A stretch of 64,000 nt of DNA. It comes from Gnetum montanum. Taxonomy: Eukaryota; Plantae; Gnetophyta. The number at the start of each line of letters is the position of its first letter. Positions within the stretch are counted from its first letter, which is position 1. Below, piece after piece: positions 35,306-46,760 of this stretch. The notes under the pieces were generated by a model that was not told the DNA's origin, made no database searches, and was given only the letters and a program-made list of their open reading frames with translations. A program made the position numbers and the translations under genes. Location: contig MNCI01002702.1 of assembly GCA_015680685.1 (NCBI GenBank), positions 129,897 through 193,896 on the forward strand, read 5' to 3'.

Positions 35306-37199
35306 AAGAGTATGTTCCAAACCCCTACCAAAATAGGGCAAATGCTTAAACAATCAATTTTATTAACGTTTGTTTCAATTTATACATGTAGTTTCTCACA
35401 AGCTAATCCAAGGTTTCCTCAATTCTGTAAATATTCTCCAATCACCTAAAAATTTTCATAAAATGTCTAGTGACTAATAATATTGACAATGTTGTGTACT
35501 CCAAGAATTATGCTACAATGGTGGACTTGATGGTTTCCAAGGATAGTCCATCCCTAGACACACTCCACTACAATCACTTTGCAAACATGGTTAGTGGTCC
35601 TAGAGCGTTCAAAGTGATTAAAGAGGCAAATCACTAGCAGATATGAGTATCCAACAACATACTCAAGGATCAACAAGAAAGGTAAGGTAAATCCATGACT
35701 AACCTATTTAATGACCATAGTACGTTCCTTTGAGACATGAACAATCCTAAATCAAACACTCCTTGGGGCATCTAGGATTGAATCACACCACTATGGCACA
35801 ATGTGTTTTTCCTTGTTTTTGCACAATAGTAAAACAAAGACAAGTTTTTGCCAACTTGTGCCTGAAACATGAACAACCTCATCTTGCATATGGAAAAGTG
35901 AGAACCAGGGCCCCTTCCCTCCCAATGTTCAAGATAAACAGTCACTTCGGGCAAGGTGCTTAGCCATTTGGGTATGTTTGCCTCCCTTACTCCCAAGTTG
36001 TGAATGTGTGCTTTTGTTTAATCACATCCTAGACAGAGATTTATTGTTCATTGACCAAAACATAGCTCAAGATGGCCCAAGACTGATGGTATGCAACTGC
36101 ATTCACATGGGTCTAGACCAAGCGATCAAAATTAAATTTACCTTTTCAGCTCACACGGCTTCTTCCAACAAATTTTAGTGTTTGAGAACCTTCCATATAG
36201 CTGCTAACAGTTAATGAAGAAGGACCATCAACCCTTTAATTGCCTTAGCAATGAGCAAGTCGATAAGCAGTTCATGTCACCAAAGGCTCCCACACAGCCT
36301 AGCAAGCACCCCCGAGAGGAGGAACAAATGAGACAAGAAGTTACAAAGTACCCTACTTGCAAGGCAGGTAAATAGAGGCATAAAAGCCATTGAAAGAGGG
36401 CAAAATTGAAAGTCTCTTTGAACCAGCAAAATAGATAACGACAAAGATTAAAAACTCAGAGAAGTTTGGGAAAATGTCATAGGGAAAAATCGCCAATATG
36501 CAAAATAAAAATTTCTAACGGTTTTGCTAACAAATTATAGCTGATATAAAATAAGAGTAAAAAACATAATTAATAGAAATAAAAATAACAACAGCACAAG
36601 TATATATGCATGACAGGATGTGTACTTCTATCTCTTTAACAACATACGTTTAAGTTATTGACACAAAAATCTATAGTATTCTATTTTAGCATAAACTTTG
36701 TAATCTTTTACTAGGTTTTTAATGTAAACAAACTATAATGTTTTTTTTTTCTTCATGAAATGCTTTTTTTTTCCAAATAACTCGTATCATTAGAGCCACA
36801 TACATGCAAACACTTTCAACTTTAGTAATCTAAAGTAATGATATTAATAGAACAATAAAATATAAAAATGATATAATCAATTCATAATTTTATAAATTTA
36901 AAATCTCTCAAAACCTTATAAGAATTATTTAAAATATTCTGTAAAATATCATGAATTTTGAAAAAGGTTGATTGGTACTCTTTGTAAAAATTCAGTTGAA
37001 AAAGTCATAAAGTAGTGAAGACTTTTTCCAGTCAAATATTTTTCCTCAATTTAGCTGTTTTTCACAGATTTTTTAAACACTGGACAAAATAGCCACAAAG
37101 GATGGGATTGGTCTTGGGCCAAAACAAGGAGAGACGGTAATATCCGTCAATGAAGACAGAATTTACAAGAGTGAAAGAAGAAACCTCATCACCCTTATG

Positions 37200-37650
37200 C
37201 CCTACAGCCCCTATATCAAAGTTCTCTATGAAAGTAAGAAAAGGCAACTTGAAGGCACCTCATTAGCAGCAAACCCTAACAACTAGCTGATGTGACAGCC
37301 CAAAAGGGTCTTGGGGCACCAAAGAAGCCTCGATCAAACCTGAATACAACCAAAGTGGAGGCCTAATGACCCTGACAAGCAACCTGCCCATATCCAGCTT
37401 CAATTTGGGATATGCTAGAAACCCATTGGCTAGATGTGCCATCCCACCAACCTGGAAGCCTATCAAGAGGCTTTAACAGAGGCCATTACTAACAGGTTCG
37501 ATCACATCTTGACCCCAAGGTATTCCTCAAAAGCTTCAAAAATGACAAAGGAACCAGAGATTACTTGCACAACTTCCAACTGCAAGCCTACCCTGGTAGC
37601 AGTTTACAGCCAAAATGATAAAGCTTTGCAACCCACACCATGAAGATCTT
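37200..37650 (-). mobile_element. Possible old L1 ORF1 (DUF4283-like) remnant
   Basis: VQVISGSFVIFEAFEE...LVGW...LLVRVIRPPLWLYS resembles the DUF4283 / WVRxxxLP pattern; weak. Confidence 0.3.
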
Positions 37651-38936
37651 GAGCTAGATTTGCAAAATCCTTGGATGCCCACAAAATTTAAGGTAACTTC
37701 AAATCCTAGTGAACATGGAAGGTGTTAACATTATCCTTCTTCTGGATACTATACGTGAGTTATCTGGTTAGGCTAATTAATCCATTTTGATTGTATATGG
37801 TCATGTTACCCACAGAATTTGTAACTTAGTTCATTCCTTTAACTTGAATTGACCTTTCCCTCAAAAAAACAATATTACTAAAGTTTTGAGACGCAAATGA
37901 GATAGGCTCCCAAACAAATTATTTGGTATATTATAGTTCTTGGAAGGAATTACAAAATTATGGACTAGAGTTTTGGACAGAGAATCAAAGATTGACAAAC
38001 TGATTTGGTTAGCTTCGTACTATGGCTGGTATGTTACAATTAATTTGAATTTATCATTAATTTGCTCCAATATATTTAATTTCATGCTTAAAAAACCAAT
38101 CAAGATAGTCAAATAAGCTAACAATGAGGTGTTCACTTAGTCATAAGAGTCTTGGTATAGAAAACCCACGTTACAGGTTTGATTGCAGTGAGCAATGCTG
38201 AGTTATGGACCCAAAAAAAATGCTGTAAACAAAATTCTAAAATTGGTGTAGTCTAATAGATCTAAGAGGGTCTTAGTGGATGTAAATAAAATTCAGTTTC
38301 AGTTTCATAAAAAATTTGGATCATGAATTTGTCTAGGAATCCAAAGGTGTAAAAAGTAAAAACTTCAACTCTTAGATGAAGTCTATTATCCAAGGAAATG
38401 TAGTGAACTAGTGCTAAAACCTTAAGTTTTCTAACTAGAGCTCTTTAGGAACTATCATGGAATATTATGAATGGCATGATGTAGGTGATAGAGATGAAGG
38501 CAATGTAAGTTTTCTAATTAGAGCTCAAAATAAGAATTTTAAAAGGATTTCATATTGGTAATTCAAAAATATCAAAAAGAATTGAAACAATGCATGCATG
38601 GATGAAAGACAATCCTTCAAAATCTCATAACGATAAGGTTTGTTAAGGCAAACTAAATAATCATAGAGGATAGCAGAGGAACATGATACTCTATGTATAG
38701 GTGAAATAAATAAGGAAGTTATTCATTAGCACAAGGAGGATCATTTAATGAAGCTCCTATATTTTTTGAGATGACAAGGAGAATTTCCAACTACAAATAA
38801 CTTGATGAAACAGCGATTGCCAATGGTCAATAGCCATTATTTTTCTAAAAATACATGTGAGGATGATAATCATATCTTTGTGCATTGCCATGTAATTCCC
38901 TGTATCTAGAACAAATAATGATAAAATCTTTGCAGG

Positions 38937-41793
38937 TTTTAGAGTTACATTTTACGCCTTCTTTAGGCAACTCTAATATACTAAGATCCATAGAATAAGG
39001 CAAGGGAGTAATTGTAACTCAAGAAAAAAGATAACTGTAATTTCTAATCCTTTCTACAATTATGAATATCGTAAGTCTTACTAGCTACTTATAAACAAAG
39101 CCATGTTAGTCTATGTCATAGATCAGAAATAATCAGAAGCTATAGTAGATAGTGTATATCAAGTATTGTTATTGGCTCTGGTAAATTGTAACATCAGCTT
39201 TGAGCTTGCTATTACTCTAGACTAGATTATACTAAGTTCATAAAAACCTGTTATGTTTCAATGGTGTCGCTCTAGTAATGCTACAACTTTTATATTGTTG
39301 TAGTATCTTCTAGTATTGTGGGCTCATGGCACACTTACTATGCTTGTAACTTAATTTTTATTCTTAGTCTTAAGTGGGTTAGGCCACTCTAGATTCCTTC
39401 AACGATTCACCACTAAGTTGGATTAGTTGTCATCAACAACTAGGGACTATTACATCAATTATAGCCTATCTTTCTCTGCTTCATAGCCTTCGTAGCTACT
39501 CCTTTCATGTATCCTTTATTTGGGTTCATTATGCTGAATTTCTTCAATCTTGTCCTTAATGCACCAATCCTTCTTTTGAAAAAGCTGGGAACTTCCTTCT
39601 TCTACTACTCTTCATGTTTTTGAATCAGAGCTTTCTTCTTCACACATGGTCTTACGACTCACCACCTATTATTCCTTTTGGCTTGCAAATGCTTTTGCTT
39701 TCTTTTGTTCCATGATTGTTGTTTCCATTGTTGATTTAAATTATTATGTAGATTTTACATGGCATGGACTTGAGCTCATTTGAACCTCATAAGTGGTTGA
39801 CTCCTGATATATTGTCATAACCTTGCATAATGGTTGGCAACTTAAGTTAAGAAACTAATGACTGTATCTTGACTTAGAGGATATTTTCTAACCCTTCCCT
39901 TCAAGCATTAGTTTCTTAACTCATTCCTTCATGTTTGCAAATTTATGAGTGGTTAAATTTCTTCATAATTTTATTATGGCAATTTTATCTTTAATGTATC
40001 CTTCTCTCCCTTCACTCATGAATTTGAAAGCATAAATGATTTTAAGTCTTCTTCTTATAATATTTGGTTATGGTTTCCTTTTCCTTGCTTACATAATTGT
40101 TATGAAGTTGAAAAAGAATTGAAGGATGAATCTTCCATTATGACTTCTTTATCCCTACGAATTGCCTAGAAATTTGTGCCACAACCATGCACAAAATGAG
40201 ACCTAAGTGATGCTTCCATCGGATTTTCCTTGGATTGGGCATTAAGGTCTAATATCCAACTTTTACGAAAATCTCTAAATGATCCCCTCATATTGCATTT
40301 CAATTTGGGTAGCTCGCAACTTGACTAATATAGTATGTTCAGCTTCCTTCCTTACATCCTGTAGAACAATTCTCCAATTATGCTCATGATCAATCATCTT
40401 TGTCTACAATATGCTATTCTATTCATGGGACCCAAGTTCCTAACATATTGTCATACAATGAGGCCTCTAGGACTTACAAAATTTTGATCGTAAAACCGGC
40501 AATCCTTGTTGCTAAAACAATTTTTGTTGTCTTGTTGGGGTTGGGCAAGTTTTGAAAGATGTTCTCCTCAAGAATCAAGCCAAAATTTTGCACAAAATGG
40601 GAAAATGATAGACACATATCTCCATGTTTCTATAACTTAAGAGTTTCAAGATCAACCAAACACCATATTCCAACTTTAAGGAAAGATTTTCTGTCATATC
40701 CCGTTCTCATTTCAATAAATAATTAGGGTTTGACTACTTTATTTTACTTATCCTCAATTCTCCATTGAACATGCAATACCAGCATTCAATATTTAGAAGT
40801 AGGACTCCTAGGCTTATTTTTCTTCTTTTTCCTTTCTTTGTTCTTCTTTTTTTTTTTTTCCTTTCAGTCAATGATTCCTTCTGCAACCTCAAACTACATC
40901 AACTCCTTTCTCGATGTGCACCTCATCAATTAGCAAACTGGTGCAGATTAGTGTCTTCAGATACAGATCATATGCTTAAATTGTAACACAGTTTTAGTTG
41001 GTACTTTGCAAATCCTTGTTTCTTCCTTAACCAGTCATTTTCTTGTCAACTTATGATTATCCCGATTCTTCTGTATTATGTTAATTTACCACCTTCATTT
41101 CTGAAGCATCACCTCTTTTGGCTTTGACCTTTTGAATTTCATTTATAGTGATATTTCAAGTATACTTCTTCGTACAAATTGTTCAACTTCTTAGGTTCTC
41201 CACATACATCCTAATTATCTGAAGTCATTCACCTTTTAATATCTTCGTTCAACTTCTCTTCTATTCCTCTCTATTCTTTGAAAACTTCTTACAAACTTAG
41301 TTTATTTGTAGTAAAGGTATTTATGATGCCAAATATCCTTCGTACTTCAATAGATATTACAATCATTTACTCCTTCTATGACTCTAACTAGCTCTAATAC
41401 CATGTTAAAGTTTCATTTTACATCTTCTCTGGGCAATTCTAATTATACCAGGATCTATAGAATGAGTCAAGAAAGTAATCATAACTCTCGTCTAGAAGAT
41501 AATTTTAATTCATAATCCTTTCTACAATTACGAGTATAGTAAGTCTTACTAACTGCTTACAAATCCTCTAAATAATAAACAAAGCCATGTTAGTTTATTC
41601 CGTAGATCAATGCTAACCATAAGATATCGTAGATTGTTTATAACAAGTACTATTTCTAGTTCTAGTAAAGCGTAACATCATCTTTGTGCTTCCTATTACT
41701 CTAGACTAGATTATACTTAGTTCATAAGAACTTGTGTTTCAGTGGTGTCATTCTGGCAATGCTATAACTTTTATAATATCTTTTGGCATCGTG
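38937..41793 (-). mobile_element. Degenerate short LTR-like element: ~390-bp direct repeats with a tRNA-Met PBS
   Basis: Direct repeats at about 38937-39326 and 41403-41793; minus strand reads ...aaCA|TGGTATTAGAGC (PBS 41391-41402); the ~2-kb interior has no clear pol. Confidence 0.6.
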
Positions 41794-42194
41794 GGCTCTT
41801 TCTTTGATCACAAGAAATGGTTTCCTCAGAAATCATCTATAATTTGTATGTTATCAAGTTGTTCACATGGTTCTTGTTTGACAAATTTACTATTACTTTG
41901 TAAGTTCTCCAAAGAATTATGGAAGGAACTCCAAATTCTCTTTAATATCTAGTAATTCTATAGAAAGAAACAATGCTTTTCTATCATCTTTAAAGTGTTT
42001 TCTACATAACCATATTCAAGATCTAAATTTGTCTCACAAGATTTTGAATTTAAGATATGTTGAAATATTTATATAAATTTCGTAAGTCATTCAGAGTGAC
42101 AATACAAATTCATGAAATAAGTTAACAAAAAATAAATCATAGAAACTAATTGGGACAAGAGTTCATTTGTATGGCATCACATCCTGCTACCTAC

Positions 42195-42261
42195 CTGACC
42201 CAATGCTTGAACAGAAAGTGCATGTAACACGCCTTCATTTAGATCTGCTGGAAGCTTACTT
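42195..42261 (-). CDS. BRO1-like protein coding exon 6 (SKLPADLNEGVLHALSVQALGQ)
   Basis: caacag|A ... CAG|gtagg, 67 nt, phase 2 to 0. Confidence 0.92.
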
Positions 42262-42364
42262 CTGTTGATGGAAACTCAAAGAATTATTGACAAATCAGGA
42301 ATAAATTTTACTGAAATCATCAGAATAAAATATCATAAATGATTCAAAAAAAAGTATGGATTAC

Positions 42365-42461
42365 CTGTGTTCAGATGACATCTTAGGCAAGACACAACGA
42401 AGTGAAAAGTCTAAATAGCCTGCTGCCTTCAAAAATATTTCAATTGCAGACATTTTGTTTT
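42365..42461 (-). CDS. BRO1-like protein coding exon 5 (ENKMSAIEIFLKAAGYLDFSLRCVLPKMSSEHR)
   Basis: cacaag|AA ... AG|gtaat, 97 nt, with the IFLKAAGYLD motif. Confidence 0.92.
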
Positions 42462-42629
42462 CTTGTGATCAAAGAAAGAGCCATATCATAAATCCTTGAA
42501 GAAGTTGCTCAAAATGCCCAAAAAAATGGAAAGAAAGAAACAAACGATAACCAAAAAATCCCTTTCCAAATATATTAAATTGTCATTTTAAAAACTTATC
42601 ATAGAATAAACCAAAACAGACAAACCTAC

Positions 42630-42765
42630 CTTCTGTCACTACTGGATGGTAACCATCAGATGAAGTTTTTGGAAGAAGCAAAGAATTTGCATGTAACAAG
42701 GACAGAATTGCCATCATATGCAAAACAGACAGCATTTCATACCAAGCACTTGATATGGCCGTTTC
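42630..42765 (-). CDS. BRO1-like protein coding exon 4 (ETAISSAWYEMLSVLHMMA...DGYHPVVTE)
   Basis: caaag|GAA ... G|gtagg, 136 nt, with the WYExLSVLH motif. Confidence 0.92.
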
Positions 42766-42972
42766 CTTTGGGGAAGAACAAGAAAAGAAAACCAAAACAT
42801 CCAGTTAAGTACAAATATTCAAATCATCATCTTCAAACCATTATCCCATCTATTCTGGGAAACCTCAAAATTCAATATATTTATACTTTACCAATCATTG
42901 AATGTTCATTTGGAAAAAAAAAGGTAACAAGTAGAAAAGGGAGTAACAACGAATATTTTTATTCAAGTCAAC

Positions 42973-43028
42973 CTGTTCATCATCTTCTTGATTGGACCAA
43001 GAAAATTCCAAATCATTTAGCTGCATTC
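42973..43028 (-). CDS. BRO1-like protein coding exon 3 (GMQLNDLEFSWSNQEDDEQ)
   Basis: tacag|GA ... CAG|gttga, 56 nt, with the FxWxNQED motif. Confidence 0.9.
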
Positions 43029-43288
43029 CTGTATGAAACGTGAAGCAAAACATGCCCCCATCAGTCTGCTGAAATAAATATCAAATGCACCTTACGCTCT
43101 GCAAGTATAATGCTTTAACCCAAATATCATGTTTTCAACGATCACTCCATTAAACACATAAAATATGAAAGAACTGTGTTGGCAAAGCAAAATGCATTCC
43201 TCACTAAATCGTTTCTGACAAAACCTTTGTAAGTTAATAGTTTAAAAAATAAAAATCATGCAAAGTTTCAAAACCATAGTCAAAATAC

Positions 43289-43363
43289 CTTCTCTGGTTA
43301 AGCCTAATAAAACTGGCAAATAATCCTCCAGAGCTTGCTGCAGATCCCCCAAAGTAGAAGCAC
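43289..43363 (-). CDS. BRO1-like protein coding exon 2 (GASTLGDLQQALEDYLPVLLGLTRE)
   Basis: ttgcag|GT ... G|gtatt, 75 nt, with the ALEDYLPVLLGL motif. Confidence 0.92.
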
Positions 43364-45012
43364 CTGCAAATAAGTAGCTATTGCAAATTAATCTAAACGG
43401 CAGAGCAATTGAAGGAAATAAGTTTAGGAAACTTGAACAAAGGAACACATTATTAAGGACATGTAATTTAATGTTAACCTAAATACTAACTATGCATTAT
43501 CCATTACATTTAACTCTCAAGTAGCCCACATGCATTGATCTCTGGTATCTTCAAGCCCTATGCGCAAGCAACACTAGACAGAATATTATTATTTCAATCA
43601 TGTTAATGTGCAGAACAGGTTGAGATGATATTTCAAGTAATTCAAATTGCATTCTGTGTTTTTAGTTATTACACACGCTCTCATCCACTGTATGGTTGTC
43701 GTATCAATGTGACATTTAATATAGTGTTAGGATCTTCCCCCTGTCCTGCATGCTAGGTAGCTAAATATATGAGTGACTACGTTTTAACGAAGGTAGCACT
43801 TTTTGGATTGCTAATTAGATAGGTCATGATACACAGTGTGAAAGCATTAGCTTTCCCAGGATTTTTTTTTTTTTTTTTCTTGCATAGGTTTCTTCCAGAA
43901 TGGCAGCTCTGGTGAAACAGCCATGGAAAAGTGGTAAAACACAGGTTCAATCTCCCCCAACCCCCTCCCCTTTCTGCCCAAAACTCCAAAAAATTCATTT
44001 AAAAAAGGGAATTATGTTTAAAACCGTCACAAGTTTAACATATGATCCTGGAACAAAGTATTGAACATTTTCACATCTTGAAACAGTTGGTATTGTGTTA
44101 GTGACATCCTAATAGAAATCCATATTCACAATATAATACAGCTTATAAACAAGTTGAAGTGCCATTCTTATAACCTCATCATTTGATTTCAAAAACAGAT
44201 TCCGTTGTTTTTGCTTCAGAGTTGATATGCAGTTCTTCTAACAGGTATGGGTCAAAAATAGAACTTTGCATGGCTAAGTATCAATTTAGAATAGAACTTT
44301 CATTTCCATAATTTGTTTGAGTGGTTTGGTTTTCTAATGTTAACATTGGCCTATTAAGAAATATTCTTAGCACGGTAGTGAAACGTTTTTGGTGGCATGA
44401 AAGTTCACTTGATTTCACACATACAATCCTTATTTATGGCAGAGACCTAATTGTGTTAATTAATGTTGATTCTCGTGTACAACCTCATTTATGGCACAAT
44501 TAAAGTATTCATTCACGATTATGGCATCAGGTAAGCAGCCAGCCACAGCAAATCATCATCAAAACCTTCCCTATCTTAAAGGTCGGCCCATCACAGATGA
44601 GATAAGGCATCAAGATGATGATGATGAATGTTGGAACCTGTTGAACATGGTGGTGGTTGTAACAGTTGGCTGTGACATCTATGAAAGCTTTAAATCCACA
44701 ATCACAGGCAAAATAAATGCCTACCAACACGTTCTAAGATGAATATAAGGGCCATGAGGCTCAAATTTTGCATTGATGTTGTGTAAGAGGAGTGTTATCT
44801 CTAACATAACTCATTGGAATCAAATGTATATCTTATATAGCACCAAGTCATAAATCTTAACCAATAAACTACATCCCCTTGATTTTGCACATGTGAAAAT
44901 AAAAATAAAATCAACAACAATGGGGTTAAAGGCATCCCTCATTATGGTTTAACTAAGTGTTAGTGAATCCAGTCGATTTTCTAAAGAGTTTCAAGCATAC
45001 ATGTATACTTGC

Positions 45013-45259
45013 CATGTTGTCTTGATGTCCATCTTTTCTTCTTCTTCACTGTACCTTCTCCAGCAGCCATAGCTATAATATGATTGCGATGAGCTGACAG
45101 TCGTTCAATCATTTCTCTAGACAGTTCACCTTGAAGTTTTGTAAAGTCAATGGGTTTCGGAATGCGCAAGCCTGGTACAAAAACAACCATTTCCTCCACA
45201 AAACATGGTTTCTTCTTGACGCCGCCTTCATCCCTCGATGTTGAAATGAAGCATCCCAT
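45013..45259 (-). CDS. BRO1-like domain protein (endosomal-targeting BRO1-like, At1g73390-type), first coding exon
   Basis: MGCFISTSRDEGG...VFVPGLRIPKPIDF...ERLSAHR...RQH; N-myristoylation/palmitoylation-type MGC start; 247 nt, phase 1, GC donor. Confidence 0.92.
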
Positions 45260-46760
45260 ATTTTTCGTTTTAAGAGAACCAATCTGCATTTTTGCGGTGA
45301 ACATAGCATTATGAAGATGAAAGCACGTATTCATGGACCAAAATGTGATTTTCAGAAGCACCGTCTACAGAGAAAAAATTTGACAAACTCATAGCAAAGC
45401 ATCATTTTTTAAAACAATCTAGCACAACCAAATATCATGTTTCTTATTTCCAACTAAATGTTTTGCAATTGGTGCTTATGGAGCAAATTGTTATGGCTTA
45501 CAAAAGCTAGCGTTAACGGGTTCCTCGGAAATCAAACACAAATCCAAGTACAACAGTGACAACAGTGCCATAGAGTGGACATCAGACTTGAGAACGGACC
45601 CAATTTTTATTGTTCGTTTTTTGTATTTGTTTTTAAACGTAACAGAAAAATATCGTAGCCCCATTAGGCTGATAAAAAATGCCTGATAACTGGTCACTTA
45701 CGAATATAACCGTACAATTTTTCCGGTGTAGCAGAACCTAAGGAATTCCCCAGCAACACACTTCGCAAGCAACAGTCAGAGCGTTATCAACTCCTGACAT
45801 CAGAATCATGTAATAGTCAAGAATTTTTCAACAGGGAATAGCATATAAAACACTATCCTCACTCGTGTTATATGTAAGCACCTATCTAAAATCTGTCATA
45901 AAGGTTCAATTATTGCAACCAAAAACGTTCCATTCATAGCCAAAAACAATTGCTCCGATGTGCTAATCTCCCAGATCTACACTGGTGCCAAAACAATGGT
46001 TATTGTCAGAGAAAACATTGCTGCAGGAGGAAAAATACTTAATCTGAAACAAAAAAGAACGAGTAAAATTTAAAACAAAATAAATCGCATGATGACAAAT
46101 GCTTTCATGGATGATCCTTGAAACCTTGTGCAACATGGCAAGCTGAAGAACCCTTGTTTCTGAGGAAACAGATTAAGACGGGCATTCAGCACACTGAATC
46201 AATATATGCTAAAACATGCTAATGTAGAGTTGTGACAGGAATAGGATAATCATGGATGCACTGAAATAAGTGCAGGGCCTTTTCAAAGAACGTTCTGGAT
46301 TCATAGAATCCCCAAGGGAAAAAGCATACAGAGTAAAATTTTCCAACCCAATGAAATTGCCAAGTAACCCAGCAAGAGAAATTTATTTAATAAAAAACCA
46401 TCTATTATATGAATTCTTCCACACGCTTCTCAGACTTTCAGGATAGCAGCAGAGCGCACTGGATTGACCAAGTTTGCTGAGTGGTTTTTTTACCAAGCAA
46501 AGACTTGGCAGATGCCAACCCATTGGTCTGTTACTAAACAAAGAAATTTTAAAATCTTTTTTAAGGGAAGAAACAGCAACACCCACCTCCAGCAAAGAGC
46601 AGCAATAAACCATCCATTTTAAGTTTTTTATTTTTTCTCTTTTTTTCAAATTTATGCTATGACAGAACTGGGCAGAGGTGGCTCACCAGCAAAGCAAGAA
46701 ATCGTTGACGCTAATGGTGGTGATGATCCTTTTGTGATGTAGTTCACGAGCTGCCTTTTT
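45260..46760 (-). other. Probable 5' UTR of the BRO1-like gene with a UTR intron
   Basis: Acceptor ttttttctctgtag| before 45364; candidate donor gctg|gtgagc at 46687. TSS not determined. Confidence 0.4.

Larger units (their letters stand above)
4053..42194 (-). other. 38,142-bp GT-AG intron 6 of the BRO1-like gene, filled with nested retrotransposons
   Basis: Exon 6 ends ...QALGQ|gt at 42195 and exon 7 starts ag|GVDIQLG at 4052. These are adjacent residues in homologues and both boundaries are phase 0. Confidence 0.85.
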
